Of a stretch of DNA of 32,888 nucleotides, positions 18,743 through 28,470 are shown in pieces. The stretch comes from Gammaproteobacteria bacterium (GTDB taxonomy: Bacteria > Pseudomonadota > Gammaproteobacteria > UBA4575): the NCBI GenBank assembly GCA_027297825.1, contig JAPUHH010000084.1, positions 1 through 32,888 on the forward strand, given 5' to 3'. The notes under the pieces were generated by a model. That model worked only from the letters and a program-made list of their open reading frames with translations. It was not told where the DNA came from and ran no database searches. A program made the translations under genes and the position numbers. Positions within the stretch are counted from its first letter, which is position 1; each line of letters starts with the position of its first letter.

Positions 18743-18763
18743 CTTGCCGCTCGGTAAGTTTTT
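18743..18763 (+). terminator. orphan terminator-like hairpin on the plus strand
   Basis: CTTGCC-GCTC-GGTAAG (6 bp including one G-U) followed by TTTTT. No plus-strand ORF lies upstream. Confidence 0.3.
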
Positions 18764-18773
18764 CCAGCTCTAT

Positions 18774-18806
18774 GAATGTCCGCTAACGAGCCAATAGCGG
18801 ACATTC
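18774..18806. repeat. REP-like extragenic palindrome, copy A
   Basis: GAATGTCCGCT-AACGAGCCAAT-AGCGGACATTC, a perfect 11-bp stem, 20 nt past the polA stop codon. Same family as the copies at 31773 and 32545. Confidence 0.55.
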
Positions 18807-18826
18807 AGATATATCAATTACTCTCT

Positions 18827-21562
18827 TTAGTGCGCTTCATCCCAATTGCTGCCGATAGCCGCATCCACCACCAAAGGTACTGACAAGTCTGCAGCTGCAA
18901 CCATGCGTTGAGTCACTTCTTGCGTCACTTGCTCGACAGCATCACTTTGCACTTCAAACACTAGCTCGTCGTGGACTTGCATAATCATTTTGCAATCAGC
19001 TTGTATTTGCTGTAACCAGCCATCAATCTGTAACATGGCGCGTTTAATAATGTCCGCAGCAGTACCCTGCATCGGCGCATTAATAGCGGTACGTTCTGCG
19101 TATTGTCGACGTTGCACATTTTTGTCATTAATCTCTGGTAAATATAGACGTCTACCAAATAAAGTTTCTATATAACCTTGAGCTCGTGCTTGCTCACGGA
19201 TGTTGTCCATGTATTTTTTTACGCCCGGGTAGCGTTCAAAATATAAACGCACATACTGTTGTGCTTCGGTACGCGTAGTTCCCAATTGACGCGCCAAACC
19301 AAACGCCGACATGCCATAAATTAAGCCAAAATTGATCGCTTTTGCAGCGCGTCGTTGCTCAGATTTAACATTATCAAGTTTAGTATTAAATACTTCCGCT
19401 GCGGTGGCACGGTGGATATCTTCGCCCTGCGCAAAGGCTTCACATAATCTCTCATCTTGCGACAAATGTGCCATGATTCTTAATTCAATTTGCGAATAAT
19501 CTGCCGCCAACATTTTGTAGCCTGCCGGCGCAATAAAAGCCTGCCTTACGCGCCTCCCTTCTTCAGTACGAATGGGAATGTTTTGTAAGTTTGGATCAGA
19601 AGAAGACAAGCGTCCGGTGGAAGCTACGGCTTGATGATACGAAGTATGTATACGGTTGGTTTTTGAATTGATTAGGGTCGGCAGCTTATCCGTATAAGTC
19701 GATTTAAGTTTACTCAGCATGCGATGCTCAAGTAGTAACTTAGGCAACGGATAGTTTACGGCTAGTTCTTGTAGCACGTCTTCAGCGGTAGAAGGTTGGC
19801 CTTTAGGTGTTTTACGCACAACAGGTAAGCCTTGCTTTACAAATAAAATCTCTTGTATTTGTTTCGGAGAGCTTAAATTAAATTCCTGCTCGGCTAGTTC
19901 ATAGGCTTGTTTCTCAACTTCTTGCGCGCGCTCACTCAGCTGTTTACTTTGTACAGCTAATAATTTGCCATCTACCAACACACCATTGCGTTCAATATTT
20001 GAAAGCACCTTCAGCATGGGCACTTCAATATTCAGATATAAATCTTTTTGTTTGGATTTTTGTTTTTGTGCTAATTCATCCCAAAAAATTTGATGTAGTC
20101 GCAACACCATATCCGCATCTTCGGCGGCATAATCAACGGCAACTTCCAACTCCACTTGGTCAAAGGTGATTTGTTTAGCGCCTTTGCCTGCAACATCTTC
20201 AAAATGAATATTTGTGTGGTTTAAATGTTTTTCACATAAAGTATCGAGGTCATGTCGACTTGCCACCGAGTTGCATACGTAAGATTCCAGCATGGTGTCA
20301 TACTTTATGCCATCTAAACGGATATTGTGATTCAACAATACGCTGCGATCATACTTTAGATTATGACCAATAATTTTAGCCTGCTTAGCATTCAAAATAG
20401 GTTCAAGCTGCGCCAATACTTCATCGCGATTCAATTGTTTTGGTGCACCGGGATAATTATGCATAAGCGGCACATAAGCAGCTTCCCCTGGTGTCACCGC
20501 AAAGGACAAACCGACCACATTGGCCTGCATGTAATCCAGGCTATCGGTTTCTGTATCAAAGGCGATCAACTTTGCTTTTTCAAGTTTCTTTAGCCAGCGT
20601 GCGAAATCTTTTTGCGAGAGAATGGCTTCGTATTTTGCTTTTTTTACGACCGTTCTCTTATTGTCTTTAGATTCTTGTGCTTCATCTTCGTCGCTTGAAA
20701 CAGTCAATGCTTTTAACCAGGTTTTGAATCCCATCTCGGTGTAGAGTTGCTTTAATAGCAAGGTATCGGAAGATTGAATTTTTAATTCATCGACGGTTAA
20801 GCCAAGCTCTAAATCGCAGCGAATGGTAGTGAGGTCCTTGGAAAGTGGTAATTGATCAATATGTTCACGTAATTTTTCGCCGACTTTGCCTTTAATAGCC
20901 TCGGCATTTTTAACCACACCTTCTAGAGAATCATATTCATTCAACCATTTTGCCGCGGTCTTTGGACCGACACTGGGAACCCCAGGGATATTGTCAGACT
21001 TATCCCCCATCAGCGCTAAGTAGTCGATAATCTGTCTCGGTGTTACGCCGAATTTTTCTTTTACACCGGAGGCATCCATTTTGGTATTGCTCATGGTATT
21101 GACCAAAGTGACATGATCATTCACCAACTGCGCCATATCTTTATCACCGGTAGACACTAATACCTGATGGCCTTGCTCAGCCGCCTGTACTGCCAAGGTA
21201 CCGATCACATCATCGGCCTCCACCCCAGCCTCTGAAATCAGCGGTAGACCCATGGCACGAATGACGTTGTATAGGGGTTCAATTTGACTCTGTAACTCCT
21301 CTGGCATCGGTGGACGATTGGCTTTGTATTCTTGATAAGCTTCGTGCCTAAAGGTCTTGCCTTTGGCATCAAATACCACGGCTATATGGCTAGGTTGTTC
21401 ATCATTGAGCAATTTTTTTAACATGTTCACCACACCATATACTGCGCCTGTGGGTTGCCCAGAAGCGTTGGCAAGAACTTGCAAATTAGGCACATGGAAA
21501 GCTCGATATAAATACGAAGAACCGTCGACCAAAATGAGGGGAGTTGTATTGTTTTTAGACAT
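18827..21562 (-). CDS. polA: DNA polymerase I
   Basis: 5'-nuclease domain (LILVDGSSYLYRAFH), 3'-5' exonuclease domain (FDTETDSL) and polymerase motifs (DYSQIELRIMAH, RRAAKAINFGLIYG, QVHDELVFE). I chose the ATG at 21562 (MSKNNTTPL) over the TTG at 21574. Confidence 0.97.
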   Translation of the reverse strand: MSKNNTTPLILVDGSSYLYRAFHVPNLQVLANASGQPTGAVYGVVNMLKKLLNDEQPSHIAVVFDAKGKTFRHEAYQEYKANRPPMPEELQSQIEPLYNVIRAMGLPLISEAGVEADDVIGTLAVQAAEQGHQVLVSTGDKDMAQLVNDHVTLVNTMSNTKMDASGVKEKFGVTPRQIIDYLALMGDKSDNIPGVPSVGPKTAAKWLNEYDSLEGVVKNAEAIKGKVGEKLREHIDQLPLSKDLTTIRCDLELGLTVDELKIQSSDTLLLKQLYTEMGFKTWLKALTVSSDEDEAQESKDNKRTVVKKAKYEAILSQKDFARWLKKLEKAKLIAFDTETDSLDYMQANVVGLSFAVTPGEAAYVPLMHNYPGAPKQLNRDEVLAQLEPILNAKQAKIIGHNLKYDRSVLLNHNIRLDGIKYDTMLESYVCNSVASRHDLDTLCEKHLNHTNIHFEDVAGKGAKQITFDQVELEVAVDYAAEDADMVLRLHQIFWDELAQKQKSKQKDLYLNIEVPMLKVLSNIERNGVLVDGKLLAVQSKQLSERAQEVEKQAYELAEQEFNLSSPKQIQEILFVKQGLPVVRKTPKGQPSTAEDVLQELAVNYPLPKLLLEHRMLSKLKSTYTDKLPTLINSKTNRIHTSYHQAVASTGRLSSSDPNLQNIPIRTEEGRRVRQAFIAPAGYKMLAADYSQIELRIMAHLSQDERLCEAFAQGEDIHRATAAEVFNTKLDNVKSEQRRAAKAINFGLIYGMSAFGLARQLGTTRTEAQQYVRLYFERYPGVKKYMDNIREQARAQGYIETLFGRRLYLPEINDKNVQRRQYAERTAINAPMQGTAADIIKRAMLQIDGWLQQIQADCKMIMQVHDELVFEVQSDAVEQVTQEVTQRMVAAADLSVPLVVDAAIGSNWDEAH

Positions 21563-21843
21563 TTTTCTATTCAATTTCGAGTGGTTGCTAGTGATCGTTC
21601 GTTTCGAGCGTTATCATAATGCCGTGGTATAAAAATGCATTGTAAATAACTCACCTAGACGATAAGTTTCACACACAAACGTAAAGTAAAAACCGTATAA
21701 AAATGACTGTAAACTTTGTCGCCATATCCCACAACCTGGGACTGGCTTCTCATTGCTTGCATAATTATTGATCACTCTAGATTTTTCATGCATCCGATTG
21801 TTTAAAAATTATCCGACTAGAAATATAAGCCTTACTTCCTAAA

Positions 21844-22785
21844 ATGTCTGTTTACACCAACATCGAGCAACAAGAGCTTGAAACCTTCCTCAAGCAATAT
21901 TCATTAGGTGCTTTATTAAGCTACGAAGGTATCAATGCCGGTATTGAGAACACCAATTACTTTATCACCACTGAAAATGGCGAATTTGTACTGACCATTT
22001 TTGAAGAACTTAAAGCTGAAGCACTGCCCTATTATTTAACCTTTATGGCACATTTATCTGACCACGGTATGCCAACCGCTCACCCAATTGCTGATTTGCA
22101 GGGTGACTATGTGCGCGTACTAAAAGATAAACCTGCTGCAATAGTACGACGCTTAGAAGGTCAAAATGTACTGGAGCCAACTAGCGAACATTGCACTACT
22201 GTGGGACATGCCTTAGCACAAATGCATGTGGTTGGAGAGTCATTTAGTGGCGCTCTTGCTAACCCGCGAGACATTGCGTGGTCAGAAAAAACTGCGCAGC
22301 GTGTTCTTGCTCAGTTATCCGATGAAGATCAACAATTACTCAAGAATGAAATTCAGTATCGCAAACAACCATTAGCTTCGAATTTACCACAGGGTATAAT
22401 CCATGCCGATTTATTTCGAGACAATGTCATGTTTATGGGGCAAACACTCACTGGTATTATCGACTTTTACTATGCATGTAATGATTACTTGCTGTACGAC
22501 CTAGCTGTCACAGTAAATGATTGGTGTAGCCTAGAAACCGGCACACTAAACATGGATTCATATACTGCGTTGCTCAATGCCTACTGTGCCGAACGCGAAT
22601 TTCAACCGCAAGAAATTGAAGCCTGGGAATATATGTTGCGCGCAGCTGCACTTAGATTTTGGCTATCGCGCTTACAAGATAAAATCTTTCCTAAAGATGG
22701 AGAAATCACTCACACTAAAGACCCAAACATTTTTAAAAACATTTTGCAATCTCGCATCAATGACGTACCCAGCCTCAATCCCTAG
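21844..22785 (+). CDS. thrB: homoserine kinase, type II (protein-kinase-fold ThrB)
   Basis: 313 aa. MSVYT.......L..FL..Y.LG-type N-terminus, GIENTNYFITT, and catalytic IHADLFRDNVMF...IIDFY. Adjacency to polA matches the Pseudomonas-type arrangement. Confidence 0.9.
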   Translation: MSVYTNIEQQELETFLKQYSLGALLSYEGINAGIENTNYFITTENGEFVLTIFEELKAEALPYYLTFMAHLSDHGMPTAHPIADLQGDYVRVLKDKPAAIVRRLEGQNVLEPTSEHCTTVGHALAQMHVVGESFSGALANPRDIAWSEKTAQRVLAQLSDEDQQLLKNEIQYRKQPLASNLPQGIIHADLFRDNVMFMGQTLTGIIDFYYACNDYLLYDLAVTVNDWCSLETGTLNMDSYTALLNAYCAEREFQPQEIEAWEYMLRAAALRFWLSRLQDKIFPKDGEITHTKDPNIFKNILQSRINDVPSLNP

Positions 22786-22809
22786 CATTTCCCCAAAAAA
22801 ATAAACTCT

Positions 22810-23319
22810 TTGAATGCTCAAATAGAAAAACTATGCAATCGTATTGATGCACTGAATGAGCGTGTCGGCCAGTTTGCCGCCTGGTTTGTGCTTGCCATGG
22901 TGGGGATTACATTTCTAGTAGTCGTCATGCGTTACGGTTTTAATTTTGGTCGCATTGCGATGCAAGAGTCGATCACGTATTTGCATGCTTTTGTATTCAT
23001 GATCGCAGGTGCATATACATTGAAACATAATCAGCATGTACGCGTGGATATCTTCTATCAAGATATGTCATTACAAAATAAAGCCAAGGTTGATTTCTTT
23101 GGCAGTATTTTCTTATTACTGCCTTTTGCTACATTCATTGTTTGGATCAGCTTTGATTACGTAATGAATTCCTGGAAATTATTTGAACAGTCTCGCGAAG
23201 CGGGCGGTTTACCACTAGTTTATATTTTAAAAACTTTTATTCCGACTATGGCATTGCTTTTATTATTACAAGCCCTTTCGCTATGTGGGCGTGCATGGAT
23301 AGCTTTACGCAAGCAATAG
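22810..23319 (+). CDS. TRAP transporter small permease subunit (DctQ-like)
   Basis: 169 aa with four TM segments. The N-terminal I..L...VG..AAW..L....(V)V.RYGFN pattern is typical of the COG4665-type small subunit. Only a TTG start preserves this conserved N-terminus. Confidence 0.85.
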   Translation: MNAQIEKLCNRIDALNERVGQFAAWFVLAMVGITFLVVVMRYGFNFGRIAMQESITYLHAFVFMIAGAYTLKHNQHVRVDIFYQDMSLQNKAKVDFFGSIFLLLPFATFIVWISFDYVMNSWKLFEQSREAGGLPLVYILKTFIPTMALLLLLQALSLCGRAWIALRKQ

Positions 23320-23329
23320 ATTTACAAAC

Positions 23330-24709
23330 ATGGAAATCGTTGCGTTTTTATTATTTGTAGCCGTAATTATAGTTTTACTATTTGGCTATCCAGTGGCTTT
23401 TACACTTGCCGGCGTATCGTTAATGTTTGCAACCATTGGAATATTAGCAGGCGTATTTGAACTTGCATTGTTGCACGCCTTTCCCAGTCGTTTATTTGGC
23501 ATCATGACTAATGAAACATTGATTGCGGTGCCCTTATTTGTATTTATGGGTGTCATGTTAGAACGTTCCAAAATCGCTGATGAGTTACTCGACACCATGG
23601 CTTCTTTATTTGGATCTTTACCAGGCGGACTTGGAATATCCGTTATCTTAGTCGGCATGCTGCTGGCTGCAAGCACTGGAATTGTAGGCGCCACAGTCGT
23701 CACCATGGGCTTACTATCACTCCCCACCATGCTGAAAAGAGGCTATCAAGCTGAGATCTCTACCGGTGTGATTTGTGCTGCGGGCACCCTGGGTCAAATC
23801 ATCCCACCTTCCATAATCTTGGTATTGCTGGGAGAGGTGTTGTCTTCTGCCTATCAACAAGCACAGCTTAGCCAAGGCATCTTCTCACCTGAAACAGTAA
23901 CTGTAGGTGACTTATTCCTGGGTGCCGTGCTTCCTGGTTTGTTGTTGGTGAGTTTATATTTATTGTATTTAGTATTTATGGCATGGCGCAAACCAGAAAC
24001 CATGCCAGCCATCCCGCCACAAGTGGACATGCATGTGGCCGCGTTATTTAAACGTATTCTGCATGCATTGATACCGCCTATTGTACTGATAACCGCGGTA
24101 CTAGGGTCGATCATTGCTGGAATTGCAACACCTACTGAAGCAGCATCCGTAGGTGCTGTAGGCGCAATTTTATTAGCATTGATTAATCGCCGTCTTGATC
24201 TTGATTGTTTGCGTTATGTAATGCGAAGAACCGTTCAAGTTACTTGTATGGTGTTTATGATTTTTATTGGCGCATCCCTCTTCACTTTGGTGTTTCGCGG
24301 TTACGGAGGCGATAACGCGGTACATGCCCTGCTGACTCAACTACCCGGCGGTGTAATTGCAGCCATGCTTATTGTTATGCTGCTAATGTTTTTGCTTGGC
24401 TTTATTCTAGACTTTATTGAAATAACATTTGTAGTCGTGCCAATTGTCGGGCCCGTACTACTCAGTCTGGGTGTGGACCCAGTGTGGCTGGGTATTATGA
24501 TAGCAATTAACTTACAAACTTCTTTTTTGACCCCACCTTTTGGATTTGCCTTATTTTATTTGCGCGGCGTTGCACCAAAGGAAATTCAAACCAAACAGAT
24601 CTATCGTGGCGTCGCCCCTTTTATTGCTATTCAGGTATTCGCATTAATGCTCATTGCGACTTTCCCAGAACTCGCCACCTGGCTGCCAGATAAAGTTTAT
24701 TCAAACTAA
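23330..24709 (+). CDS. TRAP transporter large permease subunit (DctM-like)
   Basis: 459 aa, highly hydrophobic with at least 12 TM segments. GTLGQIIPPSI and TPTEAASVGA motifs. Starts 10 nt after the small subunit. Confidence 0.93.
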   Translation: MEIVAFLLFVAVIIVLLFGYPVAFTLAGVSLMFATIGILAGVFELALLHAFPSRLFGIMTNETLIAVPLFVFMGVMLERSKIADELLDTMASLFGSLPGGLGISVILVGMLLAASTGIVGATVVTMGLLSLPTMLKRGYQAEISTGVICAAGTLGQIIPPSIILVLLGEVLSSAYQQAQLSQGIFSPETVTVGDLFLGAVLPGLLLVSLYLLYLVFMAWRKPETMPAIPPQVDMHVAALFKRILHALIPPIVLITAVLGSIIAGIATPTEAASVGAVGAILLALINRRLDLDCLRYVMRRTVQVTCMVFMIFIGASLFTLVFRGYGGDNAVHALLTQLPGGVIAAMLIVMLLMFLLGFILDFIEITFVVVPIVGPVLLSLGVDPVWLGIMIAINLQTSFLTPPFGFALFYLRGVAPKEIQTKQIYRGVAPFIAIQVFALMLIATFPELATWLPDKVYSN

Positions 24710-24793
24710 CCAACACTCAAGCACAGCAATATTTAATTACCGCCGCACTTGTTTAGAAAATGCTTCCTTATTAAATAAGTTTATACAGTAAAC

Positions 24794-25033
24794 TTATTCG
24801 TAGGGAGAGAACGTTGGAACGAGTTGAAAATAGCCAATAATTGTAAGAATGGCGTAACCAATACCAAAGGTGAGCATAATGCCGCGGTTAATTGCGGTAA
24901 TTTCCCTAGCCGAAGATCGTAATGGAATCGATGCTATATAAAATGCAAACACCAAATTAAATAGAAAAAATAATTGGGTTGTAAATTCTCTGGCATCCCA
25001 CATAGTGCGCCATTTAATAAAAAGCTCTTCCAC
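24794..25033 (-). CDS. hypothetical two-TM small membrane protein
   Basis: 79-aa ORF. GTG start preceded by a strong SD, AGGAGA, with a 7-nt spacer. Two clear hydrophobic helices. Lies 64 nt downstream of the TRAP binding-protein gene on the same strand. Confidence 0.45.
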   Translation of the reverse strand: MEELFIKWRTMWDAREFTTQLFFLFNLVFAFYIASIPLRSSAREITAINRGIMLTFGIGYAILTIIGYFQLVPTFSPYE

Positions 25034-25097
25034 TACACTGTCTCCTATCCTGGATTATTATTATGGTATTTATTCAAATTCGATTTGATGCTGTAGT

Positions 25098-26204
25098 CTA
25101 CCCCATGCGCAAGTTCAAGTATGCACGCTCGGAAATATCAAACCAGGCGCGTGATTTTTTAGAAAAATTACTATAAGAATCAAATATTTCGCGTGCTAAC
25201 GGGTCAGTATGGCCAAGTTCAGATGTAACTTCTTCGGATAATTTAGCAAGTTTTCTGATCACCTCCACAGGTAATTCTCGCAATTCTACCTGATGGTCAT
25301 TCACCAGGGTATCCAGCGCATCATTATTACGCGCAATATATTCCGTCAGCATATCTTGATTCGCGACACGACAGGCATTCGTCACAATACTCTGCAAATC
25401 TTCTGGCAGCTCTTCAAATGCACTTTTATTAATAAAACATTCCAAGGTAGTACCGGGTTCATGCCAACCTGGGTAATAATAGTATTTAGCAATCTTATGA
25501 AATCCAAAAGCTAGATCGTTATAAGGACCGACCCATTCGGTGGCATCGATATTGCCGGACTGCAAAGAAGTGAATAATTCTCCACCGGGAAGGTTTACTG
25601 GTGTCCCTCCTGCGCGTTTCAAAACTTCACCTCCTAATCCAGGAATGCGCATCTTCAATCCCTTTAAATCATCGAGTGAATTTATTTCCTTATTAAACCA
25701 TCCTGCCATTTGCACACCGGTATTACCCGCTGCCATCGGCACTAAACCAAATTGATCATAGGCTTTCTGCCATAGCTCCATGCCACCACCATGATATAGC
25801 CAGGCATTCATTTCCATTGCCGTCATGCCAAAGGGGGTGGTAGAGAAAAATTGTAACGCGGGATATTTGCCCTTCCAGTAATACGCTGAACCATGGCCCA
25901 TATGTGCAGCACCATTCGCAACGGCATCAAAAATTTCAAATGCCGGTACTAATTCACCAGCGCCATAGACCTTCACATGAATTCGCCCATTCGACATGAC
26001 GTTTATTTGCTCTGCTAAGAATTCTGCGCCGGTGCCTAAACCTGGAAAATTTTTCGGCCATGTAGTGACCATCCTCCATTCCCAAGTTTTGTTGGATGAA
26101 GAAGTAGTTTTTGTTGCCTCGGATTCGCTACCACCCTTGCAAGCTGTCAAACCACCAAGCGCTGTGCTTACCCCTGCGTACTGTAAAAATTTTCTTCTTT
26201 GCAT
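25098..26204 (-). CDS. TRAP transporter substrate-binding protein (COG4663/FcbT1-like), Tat-type signal with lipobox
   Basis: 368 aa. MQRRKFLQYAG...LTAC signal. WRMVTTWPKN, GHGSAYYW.GK, MAGWFNKEI..LDDLKGLKMRIPGLGG, NIDATEWVGPYND and KYYYYPGWHEPG are hallmarks of this TRAP solute-binding family. Confidence 0.92.
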   Translation of the reverse strand: MQRRKFLQYAGVSTALGGLTACKGGSESEATKTTSSSNKTWEWRMVTTWPKNFPGLGTGAEFLAEQINVMSNGRIHVKVYGAGELVPAFEIFDAVANGAAHMGHGSAYYWKGKYPALQFFSTTPFGMTAMEMNAWLYHGGGMELWQKAYDQFGLVPMAAGNTGVQMAGWFNKEINSLDDLKGLKMRIPGLGGEVLKRAGGTPVNLPGGELFTSLQSGNIDATEWVGPYNDLAFGFHKIAKYYYYPGWHEPGTTLECFINKSAFEELPEDLQSIVTNACRVANQDMLTEYIARNNDALDTLVNDHQVELRELPVEVIRKLAKLSEEVTSELGHTDPLAREIFDSYSNFSKKSRAWFDISERAYLNLRMG

Positions 26205-26261
26205 AATTACTTTATCGTTACACTATTGTTTTAGGGCTGAGTTAAAAATTTAACTAGAATA

Positions 26262-28433
26262 TTAAGCCAGCATATCTAGATTCGCGTATGCCAACACCAA
26301 CCACTTGCTACCCACATTCTCAAAATGAACCTGCACACGTGCACTGCTGCCTTTGCCCTCGCAATCTAGAACCACACCTTCTCCAAATTTTACATGCGTA
26401 ACACGCGCGCCAATTTTAACTCCGGTTTCTGCAGCAAAACTATTCGCCTGAAATGATGCGCGTACAGTGGGCTTAGTCACCGCAGCACGAGGACGCACCT
26501 CGGCGATCAATTCAGCCGGCACTTCACTGATGAAGCGTGACGGCGGGTTGTAGTTATCCGAGCCGTATTGTCGTCTTGATTCGGCATAGGTCAGCACCAA
26601 TTGCTGACGTGCGCGTGTAATGCCCACATAGCATAAGCGGCGCTCTTCCTCTAAGCGACCCGGCTCCTCCATCGACATGCTTGAAGGAAACAAACCATCT
26701 TCTAAGCCGACAATAAACACTAAAGGAAACTCTAAACCCTTGGAAGCATGCAAGGTCATGAGCTGCACACAATCATCCCACTGCGCACCCTGACCTTCAC
26801 CCGCCTCTAAAGAGGCATGAGTTAAGAATGCATCGAGAGGTTGCATGCCTTCGTATAGCTCATCATCCATATGAAAGCCTCTTGCGGCGACCACTAATTC
26901 CTCTAAGTTTTCTACACGTGATTTTGATTTCTCGCTGCCATCACGGCCATGGTGTTTAACCAAGCCTGAAACTTGGATTATATGATCAACTTGTTCATCT
27001 AATTCCAAGCCATCAATATCATGACGAAGCTTGTGCATTAGACGCATAAACTCTTGCAGTGCATTGCTGGCACGTGCAGCCAATAGACTTGCTTGTAATA
27101 TTTTTTCGGCAGCCTCCCACAGAGTAAGCTGATGTTGCTTAGAAAAATCGCGCAACATTGCAACCGTGCGTTGCCCAATTCCACGCGTAGGCACATTTAC
27201 AATACGCTCAAAGGAGGGATCATCAGCTGAATTTTTAGATAAGCGCAAATAAGCCAAAGCATCTTTAATTTCTGCACGCTCGAAGAAGCGAAAACCTCCA
27301 TATACGCGATAGGGAATACTTTGCGTTATAAATACTTCTTCAAATACGCGTGACTGCGCATTAGATCGATACAAAATCGCAGCCTCATCACGACGCCCAT
27401 TACAGGTTTCCACCCAATGTTTTATTTTATCTGCAACAAAACGTGCCTCATCCTGCTCATTGAATGCGGTATACAAATAAATTGGTTCGCCATCTCCGCC
27501 TTCCGTCCATAGCTTTTTCCCCATGCGACTTTGGTTATTGCCGATTAATGAATTGGCTGCCGACAATATGGTGTTTGTTGAACGATAGTTTTGCTCTAAT
27601 TTAAATATCTGTGCTTGTTTATAATCACTCTCAAAGCTATGAATATTTTCAATGCGCGCACCGCGCCAACCATAAATAGATTGATCGTCATCCCCCACAG
27701 CAAAAATAGGATTTTCTTCACCGGCAAATACTTTCAGCCACTGATATTGAATTGAGTTGGTATCTTGAAACTCATCCACCAGGATATGACGAAATTTGGC
27801 CTTATAATGCGTGCTGATCTCGGGGTTTTGCTGCAATAACTCTAAGCTGCGCAGCAACAATTCCGCAAAATCTACTAAACCGGTTTGCTCACAAGCTGCT
27901 TGGTAAGCAGTGTAAATACGAATTAGCTGCCGATCCGTGACATCGCCATGGTCTTGAATATGTTGTGGGCGCTGGCCTTCTTCTTTACGTCCATTAATGT
28001 ACCAACGCGCATGTTTCGCTGGCCATTTAGTGTCATCTAAACCCAAACCAAGGATCACACGTTTTACTAAGCGCAACTGGTCATCGCTATCGAGAATTTG
28101 AAAACTCTGTTTTAGCTTCGCTTCTTGCCAATGCGTCCTTAATAAGCGATGTGAAATTCCATGAAAGGTACCGATCCACATGCCGCCAAGACTGCTCTCC
28201 AACAAGCTTTCCACTCGCGAACGCATTTCAGCCGCCGCCTTATTGGTAAAGGTAACCGCAAGAATGCTATAGGGCGAGACTGATTCAACCTCACATAACC
28301 AAGCAATTCGATGCACCAGCACACGCGTCTTGCCACTACCTGCACCCGCAATTACCAATGCAGGTAGCATTTCTGAAGCAACCGCTTCGCGCTGGGCTTC
28401 ATTTAATGGATCCAGTATTGGGGAAACATCCAT
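26262..28433 (-). CDS. uvrD: DNA helicase II (UvrD)
   Basis: 723 aa. SF1 motifs: AGAGSGKT, TFTNKAAAEM, VDEFQDTN, GDDDQSIYGWRGA, QNYRS, TLHASKGLEF and YVGITRA. The C-terminal V.H..FGEGVV element is typical of UvrD rather than Rep. Confidence 0.94.
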   Translation of the reverse strand: MDVSPILDPLNEAQREAVASEMLPALVIAGAGSGKTRVLVHRIAWLCEVESVSPYSILAVTFTNKAAAEMRSRVESLLESSLGGMWIGTFHGISHRLLRTHWQEAKLKQSFQILDSDDQLRLVKRVILGLGLDDTKWPAKHARWYINGRKEEGQRPQHIQDHGDVTDRQLIRIYTAYQAACEQTGLVDFAELLLRSLELLQQNPEISTHYKAKFRHILVDEFQDTNSIQYQWLKVFAGEENPIFAVGDDDQSIYGWRGARIENIHSFESDYKQAQIFKLEQNYRSTNTILSAANSLIGNNQSRMGKKLWTEGGDGEPIYLYTAFNEQDEARFVADKIKHWVETCNGRRDEAAILYRSNAQSRVFEEVFITQSIPYRVYGGFRFFERAEIKDALAYLRLSKNSADDPSFERIVNVPTRGIGQRTVAMLRDFSKQHQLTLWEAAEKILQASLLAARASNALQEFMRLMHKLRHDIDGLELDEQVDHIIQVSGLVKHHGRDGSEKSKSRVENLEELVVAARGFHMDDELYEGMQPLDAFLTHASLEAGEGQGAQWDDCVQLMTLHASKGLEFPLVFIVGLEDGLFPSSMSMEEPGRLEEERRLCYVGITRARQQLVLTYAESRRQYGSDNYNPPSRFISEVPAELIAEVRPRAAVTKPTVRASFQANSFAAETGVKIGARVTHVKFGEGVVLDCEGKGSSARVQVHFENVGSKWLVLAYANLDMLA

Positions 28434-28470
28434 GGCTTTATGGTAAACCTTAAATAGTTACTTGGAGAAA

